Source: a bacterium
GTDB lineage: Bacteria > UBP7 > UBA6624 > JBBIMK01
NCBI GenBank assembly: GCA_037444445.1
Contig: JBBIMK010000039.1
Coordinates: 1 to 14,438 of the forward strand
DNA length: 14,438 nt
Direction: 5' to 3'
Both the position numbers and the translations under genes were made by a program. Below the pieces are notes generated by a model, which was given only the letters and a program-made list of their open reading frames with translations, was not told the origin of the DNA and made no database searches. Positions 6,561 through 14,423 of the stretch are shown here, in pieces (the stretch's first letter is position 1; each line of letters opens with the position of its first letter).

Positions 6561-7022
6561 TTATGAAGGGAGTGAACCCCTGGTTAGAACCTGCCGAACT
6601 AACTGTTGAACGGCCTTTCCCTCTGCTCGCCCTTTAACTTTCGGCATGACAGAACGCATCACGAGCCCGATATCTTTCTCCCCTGAGGCTCCCAATTCCT
6701 GAACCTCCTGTTGAATGAGGTTCTGAAGTTCTTCCTCTGACAGGGGGGGAGGGAGATACCCTTCAATCAGATGTAACTCCAGGCGTTCCTGTTGAGCGAG
6801 GTCATTTCTTCCGCTCTTATCAAATTCTTCCACAGCCTCCCGCCGCTTCTTTGCCTCCCGCCCCAGTATCTCCAGAATCTCTTCTTCTGTGAGTTCTCTT
6901 CTGCGGTCAATTTCCGCATTTTTTAAGGCGGCTTTCAACAGGCGATAAACGCCGGTTCGGAAGGTATCCCGATTTTTAACAGCAATGCGATAGTGTTCTT
7001 CTATCAGTTGTTTGAGTCCCAT
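6561..7022 (-). CDS. yqeY: GatB/YqeY domain-containing protein
   Basis: 153 aa. L-IEEHYRIAVKNRD, LKAALKNAEI, REAKKRREAVEEF-K-GR-DLAQQE--EL-LIEGYLP and MPKVKGRAEGK-V match the YqeY-like family over the full length. Confidence 0.85.
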   Translation of the reverse strand: MGLKQLIEEHYRIAVKNRDTFRTGVYRLLKAALKNAEIDRRRELTEEEILEILGREAKKRREAVEEFDKSGRNDLAQQERLELHLIEGYLPPPLSEEELQNLIQQEVQELGASGEKDIGLVMRSVMPKVKGRAEGKAVQQLVRQVLTRGSLPS

Positions 7023-7068
7023 ATTCTCTTAACCGGTGGTTTGCCTGTCTGTGTCGGTGTAAGGTGAG

Positions 7069-7296
7069 TTATGCTTCAGGTTTTTCGTTCCGAAACACCT
7101 GGGTTGCCTGGAGTCCTTTGGAGGTTTCTTCGTACTCAAATTCTACCTCGTCACCCTGGTTGAGTGAACGGAAACCTGACGACTGAATGGCAGTGTAGTG
7201 AACGAAGTAATCCTTCCCGTCCGCTGAGGTAATGAATCCATACCCTTTCTTCGGGTCGAACCACTTTACTTGACCCTTTAATCTCTGACCGGGCAC
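7069..7296 (-). CDS. Cold-shock protein, CspA family
   Basis: 75 aa. RNP1-like KGYGFI and RNP2-like FVHY motifs, plus [47 protein letters not shown]. Confidence 0.93.
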   Translation of the reverse strand: MPGQRLKGQVKWFDPKKGYGFITSADGKDYFVHYTAIQSSGFRSLNQGDEVEFEYEETSKGLQATQVFRNEKPEA

Positions 7297-7365
7297 TGCT
7301 TACTACCCCCTTCTTTTTATTCCAGACGCAGAAAAACTACTTTTCCTCCGCATCCGTCTAAGGAT

Positions 7366-7394
7366 AGCATATCATATTCTCTGAAAAATTGCAA
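7366..7394 (-). promoter_or_regulatory. Putative sigma70 promoter for the cold-shock gene (-35 TTGCAA 7389-7394, 17-nt spacer ending TGa, -10 TATGCT 7366-7371)
   Basis: The minus strand reads TTGCAAtttttcagagaataTGaTATGCT. This leaves a 5' UTR of approx 60 nt before ATG 7296, with GAAGGGGG as SD. It sits in the only sizeable gap (136 nt) of the minus-strand array. Confidence 0.45.
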
Positions 7395-7432
7395 ATCTGT
7401 GGAGTGAGAACCCATTGACGAGTATGTGGAAG

Positions 7433-7846
7433 TTAATGGCTGGAGGCCGGGTGGTGATGGCTTTCTACCTTCTTTGAACCTTCGGTGCGGAAGGAAGAGC
7501 CGCAGGCACAAGTGGCAATCACATTGGGGTTTTCAATCTTGAATCCCCCTCCGATAAGATTGGTATCCTCATAATCAATCACGGAGCCTTTTAATCGGAA
7601 GGAACTCATCAAATCCACATACACCTGAATCCCCTGGGATTCAAAAATCATATCTCCCTCACGAGCTTGATTCTCTAAATCCATCGCATATTCGTAGCCG
7701 GCGCATCCTCCTCTTTTGATGTAGATTCGCAAGCCCCAGCCCTGTTTTCCTGCCCGCTCTCTCAGAGTTCGGATTCGGCCCGCGGCTTTTTCCGTTAACT
7801 CCACTAACTTTTTCGTGACATCTTCCATCTCTTCAACCTCTCCCAT
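7433..7846 (-). CDS. A-type iron-sulfur cluster carrier (HesB/IscA/ErpA family) with a C-terminal His-rich extension
   Basis: Conserved LRIYIKRGGCAGYEY, GGGFKIENPN and C-x-C-GSSF. The 201-aa track ORF overlaps the upstream gene and its first 64 residues look non-genic. I start the CDS at ATG 7846 (MGEVEEMEDVTKK...). ATG 7828, with GGGAGAGG 9 nt upstream, is an alternative. Confidence 0.8.
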   Translation of the reverse strand: MGEVEEMEDVTKKLVELTEKAAGRIRTLRERAGKQGWGLRIYIKRGGCAGYEYAMDLENQAREGDMIFESQGIQVYVDLMSSFRLKGSVIDYEDTNLIGGGFKIENPNVIATCACGSSFRTEGSKKVESHHHPASSH

Positions 7847-7883
7847 CTCTATTTTAACTGATTTTCTCCTGGGTCGCAACAGG

Positions 7884-8741
7884 TCAGGTAAGAGGCGAGT
7901 TGGTTTTAAGCGGGGCTGGGCTTTCGGTGAGTGGCTCCTCGGGCTGAGGTTCACCTTCAACCAGGCTCCTGGCATCCCTTCCGAATTTTTCCAGCACCAG
8001 GGTTGAGTGAATTGGAATCGTGCGTTTTTTCTGCTCATTCAGCAGTTGAAAGTGCAGTTCCACGGTGGAAGTGGCTTTCAGCAGAGCAAAAGGAACCCGC
8101 TCGGAATACCAGCCCTGATAAATGAGACTTTCGGAGAGTGAAAAATCATGGGGTAGGGCGGGTGGAATAGCGATTCTCATACGCAGTATCTGATATCGGG
8201 CTTCAAACTTCCCGGGTGAAATCACCATAGTTTGAGGCAGAGGGTCCTCTTCCACTTTCCACTGGATGAGGGGTTTTAGGAAAGATAGGCTCGTTTCCCA
8301 CTGAAAGGGTTTCCAGGGAAGTGATTCCAGGCGCACAGGTGTTTCATCGCCCTTTTGAAAGATAATTTCCTGTATAGAAGAGATAGGTTGAAAATACGAT
8401 GTGAAGTCTTCCACGAGTGTAGCTGGGAATTTTTTCAAGGATTCCTCAGGCAGAAGAACTTTGAGTTTGAGAGCCTCATCCTCACCTTCCGGGAAATAGT
8501 CCATTTCCAGCCAGTCGCAGGGTTTTCCTTCACGGTTTTCAGAGTCCACGATGGCCAGGCGAAGGCGGGCATAATGTGAAATCACCAGCCCCAGGCCGGG
8601 CTCTGCTCGGATGATGATTTTGTACTCTGCGTAAGACCCTGGTTTCGTGGGGAAGTATAGGGGACTGGTAGCCTTATCAGCGAAAAGGAACCCTGTGCTA
8701 AACAGAAGCCACAATATGCCAGATTTCCAATACTTCGTCAT
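7884..8741 (-). CDS. Hypothetical exported protein (285 aa), unknown family
   Basis: AGGAGG SD 10 nt upstream. N-terminal signal-peptide-like MTKYWKSGILWLLFSTGFLFADKA. The mature part looks beta-rich and the C-terminal tail is acidic and Pro-rich (EGEPQPEEPLTESPAPLKTNSPLT). No motif recognised. Confidence 0.65.
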   Translation of the reverse strand: MTKYWKSGILWLLFSTGFLFADKATSPLYFPTKPGSYAEYKIIIRAEPGLGLVISHYARLRLAIVDSENREGKPCDWLEMDYFPEGEDEALKLKVLLPEESLKKFPATLVEDFTSYFQPISSIQEIIFQKGDETPVRLESLPWKPFQWETSLSFLKPLIQWKVEEDPLPQTMVISPGKFEARYQILRMRIAIPPALPHDFSLSESLIYQGWYSERVPFALLKATSTVELHFQLLNEQKKRTIPIHSTLVLEKFGRDARSLVEGEPQPEEPLTESPAPLKTNSPLT

Positions 8742-8757
8742 TGTGTTTTTTCCTCCT

Positions 8758-10152
8758 TCACAAAATGTATTTCTGCAGGTCCTCGTTTTCCAGGATGTCT
8801 TTCAGGTTTTTCCTGACGAATTCCCGGTTGATGAGTATTTCTAAATCTTTCTCGTGAGGCGCTTCAAAGGCGATGTCCTGGAGGCATCGTTCCACGACGG
8901 TGTAAAGCCTTCTGGCGCCGATGTCCTGTGTGGATTCATTCACTTCGTAGGCGATTTTGGCGAGTTCTTCAATGCCATCTTCTGTAAAGGTCAGATTCAC
9001 ACCATCTACGCTGAGTAGTGCCTGATATTGCTTGGTGAGGGCATTTTCAGGCTCTACGAGGATTCTTTTGAAATCATCTACGGTGAGGCTCTGCAGTTCT
9101 ACGCGGACCGGGAAACGCCCCTGAAGTTCTGGAATTAAATCGGAGGGCTTGCTCGTGTGAAAGGCGCCGGCAGCGATAAACAGGATGTGGTCCGTTTTCA
9201 CAGGCCCGTATTTGGTGGGAACTGTGGTGCCTTCCACGACGGGAAGCAAATCTCTCTGCACCCCTTCTCGGGACACATCCGGTCCCACAGTTTGCCCATG
9301 GGAGGTAATTTTATCTATTTCGTCCAGGAAGATGATACCGGTTTCCTGTGCCCTTCGGATGCCTTCCTGAATAATTTTTTCCCGGTCCAGGAGAGATTCA
9401 AATTCTTGCTCCAGGAAAATCCGCTGGGCTTCTTTGATTTTGGTTTTCTTACGCTTCTTTTTTTTGGGGAAAGTATCTTCCATCAACTGCTGGAAGCTGA
9501 TGCCGATTTCTTCCATGCCTGGCAAATTAGAAAGGTCCATCACTTTTACCCTCGGTTCCTGGACCTCAATTTCAATTTCCCGTTCATCCAGGGCTCCTCG
9601 GCGGAGTTCTTCCAGGAGGAGGCGTCGGGAGTGTTTCACCTGCTCCAGCATGCTTTCGCTTTCCTCATCCATGAAAGGAGTGCGAGCGGTTTTGGGATAA
9701 GGGACCAGGATGTCTAAAATTTTCTCTTCTGACCGTTTTTGAGCGGTTTTTTCCACCCTCTGCTGTTCTTCCATCCGAACCATCTGAATGCTGGTTTCTA
9801 CCAATTCTCGGACCATGGATTCTACATCCCGCCCCACATAGCCCACTTCGGTGAATTTTGTCACTTCAACTTTAATGAAAGGGGCTTTGATGAACCGGGC
9901 GATACGGCGGGCAATCTCAGTCTTTCCCACCCCCGTAGGTCCAATCATCAGGATATTTTTGGGGGTCACTTCTTCCTGCATCGGAGAGGGAAGCATTTTT
10001 CTCCGATAATGGTTCCGAATGGCAATGGACACGGCTTTCTTGGCATCCTTCTGGCCCACGATATATTTATCCAGTTCTGCGACGATTTCCCTGGGAGTCG
10101 GGAATGGGTGGGTTAAAGAGAATGGAGTAGAGCGATTTGCCACGATTTTCAC
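8758..10152 (-). CDS. hslU: ATP-dependent protease ATPase subunit HslU
   Basis: TPREIVAELDKYIVGQKDAKKAVSIAIRNHYRR, Walker A MIGPTGVGKTEIARR, Walker B IIFLDEIDKI, FIAAGAFH and the C-terminal domain are all present. The track start at 10290 would overlap hslV by 137 nt. GTG 10152 lies 1 nt after the hslV stop with GGAG 4 nt upstream, and gives a 464-aa protein with a normal N-terminus. Confidence 0.92.
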   Translation of the reverse strand: MKIVANRSTPFSLTHPFPTPREIVAELDKYIVGQKDAKKAVSIAIRNHYRRKMLPSPMQEEVTPKNILMIGPTGVGKTEIARRIARFIKAPFIKVEVTKFTEVGYVGRDVESMVRELVETSIQMVRMEEQQRVEKTAQKRSEEKILDILVPYPKTARTPFMDEESESMLEQVKHSRRLLLEELRRGALDEREIEIEVQEPRVKVMDLSNLPGMEEIGISFQQLMEDTFPKKKKRKKTKIKEAQRIFLEQEFESLLDREKIIQEGIRRAQETGIIFLDEIDKITSHGQTVGPDVSREGVQRDLLPVVEGTTVPTKYGPVKTDHILFIAAGAFHTSKPSDLIPELQGRFPVRVELQSLTVDDFKRILVEPENALTKQYQALLSVDGVNLTFTEDGIEELAKIAYEVNESTQDIGARRLYTVVERCLQDIAFEAPHEKDLEILINREFVRKNLKDILENEDLQKYIL

Positions 10153-10153
10153 C

Positions 10154-10699
10154 TCACTCCAGCGTTTCCATAATGACTTCATTATTGGTATAAATGCAGA
10201 TTTCTGAGGCGATGTGAATCGCTTCTTTTGCGATTTCTTCCGCAGGTTTGGAGGTGAAGCGAAAAAGGGCTTTCGCCACCGCAAGAGCATAAGGCCCTCC
10301 GCTCCCTATGGCTAACACTTCCTCATCCGGCTCAATCACTTCACCACTGCCGGAGATTAAGAGGAGTCCTTCTTTATCAGCCACCAGGAGAAGTGCTTCC
10401 AGTCTTCGTAGATAGCGGTCGGTACGCCATTCCTTCGCCAGGTCTACTGCGGCCTTTTTTAATTTTCCTTTGGCGGCATCCAGGTGTTTTTCAAATCGCT
10501 CAAACAAAGCCAGGGCGTCCGCAACGGAGCCCGCAAATCCAGCCAGCACTTTCCCGTTGTAGAGCCGGCGAAGTTTCACGGCTTTTTGTTTCACAACCGT
10601 TTCGCCCAGGGTCACCTGTCCATCGGCGGACATAGCGACTTTCCCATTCCGTCTCACCGCCACCACCGTAGTTCCCCGCGTGTGTGGAATTGCATTCAC
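10154..10699 (-). CDS. hslV: ATP-dependent protease proteolytic subunit HslV
   Basis: [41 protein letters not shown] and [17 protein letters not shown] start. Nine residues (MNAIPHTRG) precede the catalytic Thr. Confidence 0.93.
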   Translation of the reverse strand: MNAIPHTRGTTVVAVRRNGKVAMSADGQVTLGETVVKQKAVKLRRLYNGKVLAGFAGSVADALALFERFEKHLDAAKGKLKKAAVDLAKEWRTDRYLRRLEALLLVADKEGLLLISGSGEVIEPDEEVLAIGSGGPYALAVAKALFRFTSKPAEEIAKEAIHIASEICIYTNNEVIMETLE

Positions 10700-10723
10700 C
10701 TTTTTCTTTCCTTTCCGTCGTGC

Positions 10724-11533
10724 TCAGGAGAAGAGCAATCCTGCATAACCGACGACGGCATCATAATCTCCTGAAGTTTCGCCGGATGTGGCGTAGTCCA
10801 CGAAAACTGCCCGCGTAGCGCCCAGACATTTTACAGTCCGAATCAAAATCGTTGCCGGAAGATACCCGCACATGGAAATATCTTCTTCCGTCACCCGTTT
10901 CCAGAGTTGTTCTTCGTCCAGTACCAGCATGGCTTCAATGGCGCGCCGGTCTCTTTTTCGCGCCTCAGCGTCCGGGAGATAGTGGCTCATATCTGAACTT
11001 GCCACGAGGAGGACCTCTTTACCCAGGGTTTTTATCGCCCGGGCAATTTCATCTCCCGTTTTCAACGCCTGCTGGAGGTCCAGGCCTGACGCTACGACCG
11101 CCGCTATCTTTACCTTCGGATGTCGCTTCTGAAGGAAGTTGACCTCCACTTCTAAGGAATGCTCGCGAAGATGTGCTGAAACATCGCCTTCTGCCACCTT
11201 CACTTCTCTCAGAAGACTCTGTGTTAATTCCGGGTCAATTTCCACTCTCCCGAGAGGCGTTTGCCATTCTCCGCCCGGAAAGACGGAGAAAGGAGTGCCA
11301 TAGCCCGTGTGATTGGGCCCCAGAAGGAGCACCCGGTCTGGAATCTTCGCAGAAGAAAAGACCTTTCCCGCCACTTTCCCGGAATAGACATATCCAGCAT
11401 GGGGTGCCAGCACCCCTTTTGCATTCGTCGGTTCACCATTCACCATCAGACTGGAGAGCATCCGGTCCAATTCTCCTGCCTCCGATGGGTAGAAATATCC
11501 TGCCACTGCCGGATGGCGTATCGTTTTCTTCAT
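10724..11533 (-). CDS. amrB: Memo-like protein (AmmeMemoRadiSam system protein B)
   Basis: N-terminal R-PAVAGYFYPSEAGEL, APHAGYVYSG, LLGPNH, SSDMSHY and ETSGD---VVGYAG are typical of the Memo/AmrB family. Full-length at 269 aa. Confidence 0.85.
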   Translation of the reverse strand: MKKTIRHPAVAGYFYPSEAGELDRMLSSLMVNGEPTNAKGVLAPHAGYVYSGKVAGKVFSSAKIPDRVLLLGPNHTGYGTPFSVFPGGEWQTPLGRVEIDPELTQSLLREVKVAEGDVSAHLREHSLEVEVNFLQKRHPKVKIAAVVASGLDLQQALKTGDEIARAIKTLGKEVLLVASSDMSHYLPDAEARKRDRRAIEAMLVLDEEQLWKRVTEEDISMCGYLPATILIRTVKCLGATRAVFVDYATSGETSGDYDAVVGYAGLLFS

Positions 11534-11582
11534 TCCTTACTTAATTTTACACCTTTTTTCAGAACAGGCGACTCTTTTTCTT

Positions 11583-11591
11583 TGCTATAAT
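11583..11591 (+). promoter_or_regulatory. Putative extended -10 promoter (TGcTATAAT) for the paralog-mtaD operon
   Basis: Perfect TATAAT at 11586-11591 preceded by TGc, 22 nt upstream of ATG 11614. GGAG SD at 11603-11606. No convincing -35. Confidence 0.45.
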
Positions 11592-11613
11592 GGAAGTAGC
11601 AGCGGAGTAACCA

Positions 11614-12117
11614 ATGAAACCGCAGGGATGGATTGCATTTATTATTTTATTCGCCGTCTGGTTTTATTTTGCTGATTATCTCCTGAAAAAATTTCCGCTG
11701 GGCCCTGAAGCAAGAGGGGGTTTTATCTTCCTTATGTCTTTGCCATTTCTAACAATCATTTCGGCAGTAATTTACTGGAAATATTTCATTACTGCCGATT
11801 TCTTTGAGATGCCTCCCATTCGGTATACTCGTGAGTTCTGGGTTTGGCTGATGGCGAAGATGAGAGGTGAAAAACGCCTCTGGCTGATGCCCCCTAAGAA
11901 TATTCGTATCCCCCCTCCCCTGGGGGATGACACTTTACGCGACGCCCATCTGGAATCCCTCATTTTAGAAAAAGCCATCCCGGATGCCGAGGAGTATGTG
12001 AGGGAAAAACTCGATTGGTCTCGCCTTGTATCCGGTGAGGAGGGAGAGAGGATGTTAAAAATCTACCTGCATTACATGAATTTTCTCATCCGTTTCCAGA
12101 GGGAATTAGAGCAGTGA
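11614..12117 (+). CDS. Membrane protein, unknown function (2 TM plus approx 100-aa conserved cytoplasmic domain); paralog of the next gene
   Basis: 167 aa. TM segments WIAFIILFAVWFYFADYLL and GFIFLMSLPFLTIISAVIYW. The C-terminal domain shares FFEMP, IPPPLGDDTLRD-HLE-LI, EYVREKL and IYLHYMNF with the downstream ORF. Confidence 0.65.
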   Translation: MKPQGWIAFIILFAVWFYFADYLLKKFPLGPEARGGFIFLMSLPFLTIISAVIYWKYFITADFFEMPPIRYTREFWVWLMAKMRGEKRLWLMPPKNIRIPPPLGDDTLRDAHLESLILEKAIPDAEEYVREKLDWSRLVSGEEGERMLKIYLHYMNFLIRFQRELEQ

Positions 12118-12129
12118 GAACTGTTTGAG

Positions 12130-12903
12130 ATGCCAACCAATGTGGCTTTTCTCTCGTTATTTGTCGGGTTAGTGGTACTCCTTATGTTCTCTATTTTCAC
12201 TACTGAGGCTCCAGCAGGCGGATTTTTTGTAGGCTCCACAGAGGAGGGAAAGACAAGAGCCATTGCGATTCTATCGCTTTCAGTCGTGAATGCTGTTCTC
12301 ATATATTTTGCTTTTACTTCTTCCGCAGGTGCAGGTTTATCCAGCGCATTGGCTATTTCCTTTTTTATCATTACTGCAACCCTTTATATTATGGGAAGTT
12401 CCAGGGGGGTTGCTTTCTTCGTCGGCTTCATTCTTGTTTACTGGGAATATCTGGCGTGGATTCGGCATCGCTACTCTGGAGAATTGAAATGGATTGGTGA
12501 ATACATCATTCTGCTTACCCTTCCTCTGGTTGGGATTTTATGGGCGTTGATTTTTTATCGCTATATTCTGGAGGAAGATATCTTTGATATGCCCACCCGG
12601 ATCGCCAGGGAATACCCTGCTTACTTCAGGAAGAAGGTAAGAGAGGAAGGCCTCTTGCGCCGTGCGCTTCGCCATACAATTTCTATTCCTCCCCCTCTGC
12701 AGGATGATTCTCTCCGGGACATCACTCTGGAAACACTCATCCGAAAAGGTAAAATAGAGAAAGTGGAGGGCTACCTCCGGGAGAAGTTGGAAGAGTTACG
12801 GGAACTGCCCGAATCTCTGAAGGAACAACATCGTAGAATTTATTCCCATTATCTATCTTTCTGGACTTCACTCAAAGGAGTCATCAAGGATGAAAACTTT
12901 TAA
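12130..12903 (+). CDS. Membrane protein, unknown function (about 5 TM plus the same conserved C-terminal domain); paralog of the previous gene
   Basis: 257 aa. Hydrophobic N-terminal 150 aa, then IFDMP, IPPPLQDDSLRD-TLE-LI, GYLREKL and IYSHYLSF in the same order and spacing as in the upstream ORF. Its 3' end overlaps the mtaD start by 14 nt. Confidence 0.65.
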   Translation: MPTNVAFLSLFVGLVVLLMFSIFTTEAPAGGFFVGSTEEGKTRAIAILSLSVVNAVLIYFAFTSSAGAGLSSALAISFFIITATLYIMGSSRGVAFFVGFILVYWEYLAWIRHRYSGELKWIGEYIILLTLPLVGILWALIFYRYILEEDIFDMPTRIAREYPAYFRKKVREEGLLRRALRHTISIPPPLQDDSLRDITLETLIRKGKIEKVEGYLREKLEELRELPESLKEQHRRIYSHYLSFWTSLKGVIKDENF

Positions 12904-14200
12904 CCTCTGGATTGAAGGGGGAAGTATTTTTACCCTGGATAGAAAGAACACGGTATATTCTGAGGCATACATTGGGGTAAAGGATGGGCGGATTGCCTAT
13001 CTGGGGGAAAAACCTCAAGAGGCCGTATCGGCTCAGGAAGTTCTAAACGCCCGAAACAAATGGGTTTTTCCCGGTTTCATCAATGCTCACACCCATGCGG
13101 CCATGGTCTATTTTCGTGGGTTTGCGGATGACCTCCCGTTAAAAGAGTGGCTGGAACAGCATATCTGGCCCCTGGAGGGAAAATGGGTGACGCCAGATTT
13201 CATCCGGGATGCAGTTCAACTGGCGGCGGTGGAGATGCTCCGCTCCGGCACTACTGCTTTTTGTGATATGTATTTCTTTCAGAATGAGGCAGCGGAAGTT
13301 CTTCAGTCCATCGGCATTCGGGCATTTCTCGGGGAAGGAATTATTGATTTCCCCACTCCATCTGCCCCCCGGTCGGAAGCAGGGTTGAAAGTGACTCAGA
13401 GGTTCATTGAAAAATGGAATCATCACCCCACCATCCATCCCATCGTGGCTCCTCATGCTCCCTACTCCTGCTCCGAGAAAACCTTAAAAGCGTGCAGAGA
13501 ACTGGCTGATGCTTATGGTGTGCCTCTTCAGATTCACCTGACAGAAGAATCCCGGGAGCGGGAGAATTTCTTGAAACAAAAGGGTATGACCTCCGTAAGG
13601 TATTTACAATCTATCGGGTTTTTGGGACCCTCTGTCAGTGGGGCTCATGCCAACTGGCTGGATGCTGAGGACATCGGGATTCTTCGGGACACGGGCACTG
13701 GCGTAGCCCATAATCCAGAAAGCAATATGAAACTGGCAACGGGGTTTTGCCCTGTGCCGGAGTTATTGAAAGCAGGGGTAAAAGTAGGACTGGGCACCGA
13801 TGGCGCCGCCAGCAACAACGATTTGGATATGATAGGCGAGATGCGCTCTGCCGCTCTCCTCCATAAGGCCTCTCATCGTGACCCTTCCGCTGTGACTGCT
13901 GAGCAGATAATCAAAATTGCCACCTTCGGCAGTGCTTCTATCCTCGGTAAAGACAATGAACTGGGCTCCATTGAAGTGGGAAAACTGGCAGATGTCATCA
14001 TAATCTCCCCCGATAGTGTCCACCTTACACCCCATTATCATCCCTATTCTGCCCTCGTTTACTCAGCCAAATTTTCCGATGTTGACACCGTGATTGTTCA
14101 CGGGAAGATTTTGATGAAAAGCAGAGAACTTCTCACCGTGGATGAAGAGAAAGTTCTCGCTCACGCTCACCAGTTCCAGCGCACCCTTTCTTCTTCCTGA
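12890..14200 (+). CDS. mtaD: Amidohydrolase of the 5-methylthioadenosine/S-adenosylhomocysteine deaminase (MtaD) type
   Basis: 436 aa. Metal-binding FINAHTHAAM, PLKEWL---IWP, APHAPYSCS, QIHLTEE, GAHANW, VAHNPESNMKLATG and GLGTDGAASNNDLDM. AAAGGAG SD 9 nt upstream. The family call is firm; the exact substrate (MTA/SAH, or another adenosine- or guanine-like amine) is not. Confidence 0.8.
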   Translation: MKTFNLWIEGGSIFTLDRKNTVYSEAYIGVKDGRIAYLGEKPQEAVSAQEVLNARNKWVFPGFINAHTHAAMVYFRGFADDLPLKEWLEQHIWPLEGKWVTPDFIRDAVQLAAVEMLRSGTTAFCDMYFFQNEAAEVLQSIGIRAFLGEGIIDFPTPSAPRSEAGLKVTQRFIEKWNHHPTIHPIVAPHAPYSCSEKTLKACRELADAYGVPLQIHLTEESRERENFLKQKGMTSVRYLQSIGFLGPSVSGAHANWLDAEDIGILRDTGTGVAHNPESNMKLATGFCPVPELLKAGVKVGLGTDGAASNNDLDMIGEMRSAALLHKASHRDPSAVTAEQIIKIATFGSASILGKDNELGSIEVGKLADVIIISPDSVHLTPHYHPYSALVYSAKFSDVDTVIVHGKILMKSRELLTVDEEKVLAHAHQFQRTLSSS

Positions 14201-14310
14201 ATTTTTTTATGAGCATTTTCACCTGACTCCTTACGCTATAAGATTCCATCTTTTACCTCCTTACTATGAAAAGATTTTTCAGCCCGAAACTTCCTGAAAA
14301 GGATAAAAAT

Positions 14311-14338
14311 TTGACAGATTGAAATAGTGTGATATAAT
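14311..14338 (+). promoter_or_regulatory. Near-consensus sigma70 promoter (TTGACA, 16-nt spacer ending TGa, TATAAT)
   Basis: TTGACA at 14311-14316 and TATAAT at 14333-14338, with an extended -10 TG at 14330-14331. The hexamers are perfect and preceded by the A-rich tract ggATAAAAAT. The predicted TSS at about 14344-14346 lies 2-4 nt before ATGATG at 14348. Confidence 0.6.
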
Positions 14339-14350
14339 ACTCAAGCGATG

Positions 14351-14423
14351 ATGGAGAAAGAGTCCGGTCAGAGGGGCAGGCTACTGCCTGCCTGCCTGCC
14401 TGATTTTTGCGGATATTCTCCAT
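14351..14423 (+). other. Structured element downstream of the promoter: outer helix ATGGAGAA/TTCTCCAT enclosing a GC hairpin, a (TGCC)4 tract and a T5 run
   Basis: ATGGAGAA (14351-14358) is the exact reverse complement of TTCTCCAT (14416-14423). TCCG (14363-14366) pairs with CGGA (14410-14413). GGCAGGC (14375-14381) pairs with GCCTGCC (14386-14392), or in slipped registers with the later TGCC repeats (14385-14400). The TTTTT run is at 14404-14408. Function unknown: attenuator, small RNA, or the 5' end of a CDS running off the window. Confidence 0.35.

Noticed and set aside
6419-6637. 72-aa + strand ORF spanning both tRNA genes
   Set aside because: It is made of the complement of two cloverleaf tRNAs plus the yqeY 3' end, so it is an artefact of ORF calling.
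7847-8038. N-terminal 64 residues of the 201-aa track ORF for the IscA-like gene
   Set aside because: This part overlaps the 3' end of the upstream exported-protein gene in another frame and is Arg/Pro/Ser-rich. HesB/IscA proteins are about 105-140 aa. Internal ATGs at 7846 or 7828 fit the family.
9157-9717. 186-aa + strand ORF (plus 9185-9370, 9434-9700, 9739-10116 and 10019-10207) antisense to hslU
   Set aside because: All lie entirely within the strongly supported hslU CDS on the opposite strand. The products are low-complexity with no motifs and no SD. These are typical shadow ORFs.
10153-10290. N-terminal 46 residues of the 510-aa track ORF for hslU
   Set aside because: This part overlaps the hslV 3' end and its sequence ([19 protein letters not shown]...) is not HslU-like. 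GTG 10152 with an SD gives the canonical length.
10673-10699. Nine-residue extension (MNAIPHTRG) before the catalytic Thr of HslV
   Set aside because: Short N-terminal propeptides removed autocatalytically are known in HslV/CodW homologs, so this is not unusual.
14353-14392. GGAGAAAGAGTCCGGTCAGAGGGGCAGG resembles the RNase P RNA CR-I region (GAGGAAAGTCCGGGC...GGGCAGG)
   Set aside because: It has an extra base inside the motif and lies only about 8 nt from the predicted TSS. There is no room for P1-P3. The downstream sequence is a simple TGCC repeat rather than the P5-P7 and later helices. I treat the resemblance as coincidental.
14385-14400. (TGCC)4 tetranucleotide repeat as a phase-variation switch in the putative leaderless ORF
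   Set aside because: Four units is far below the repeat numbers that give appreciable slippage in known contingency loci, and the ORF itself is unverified.
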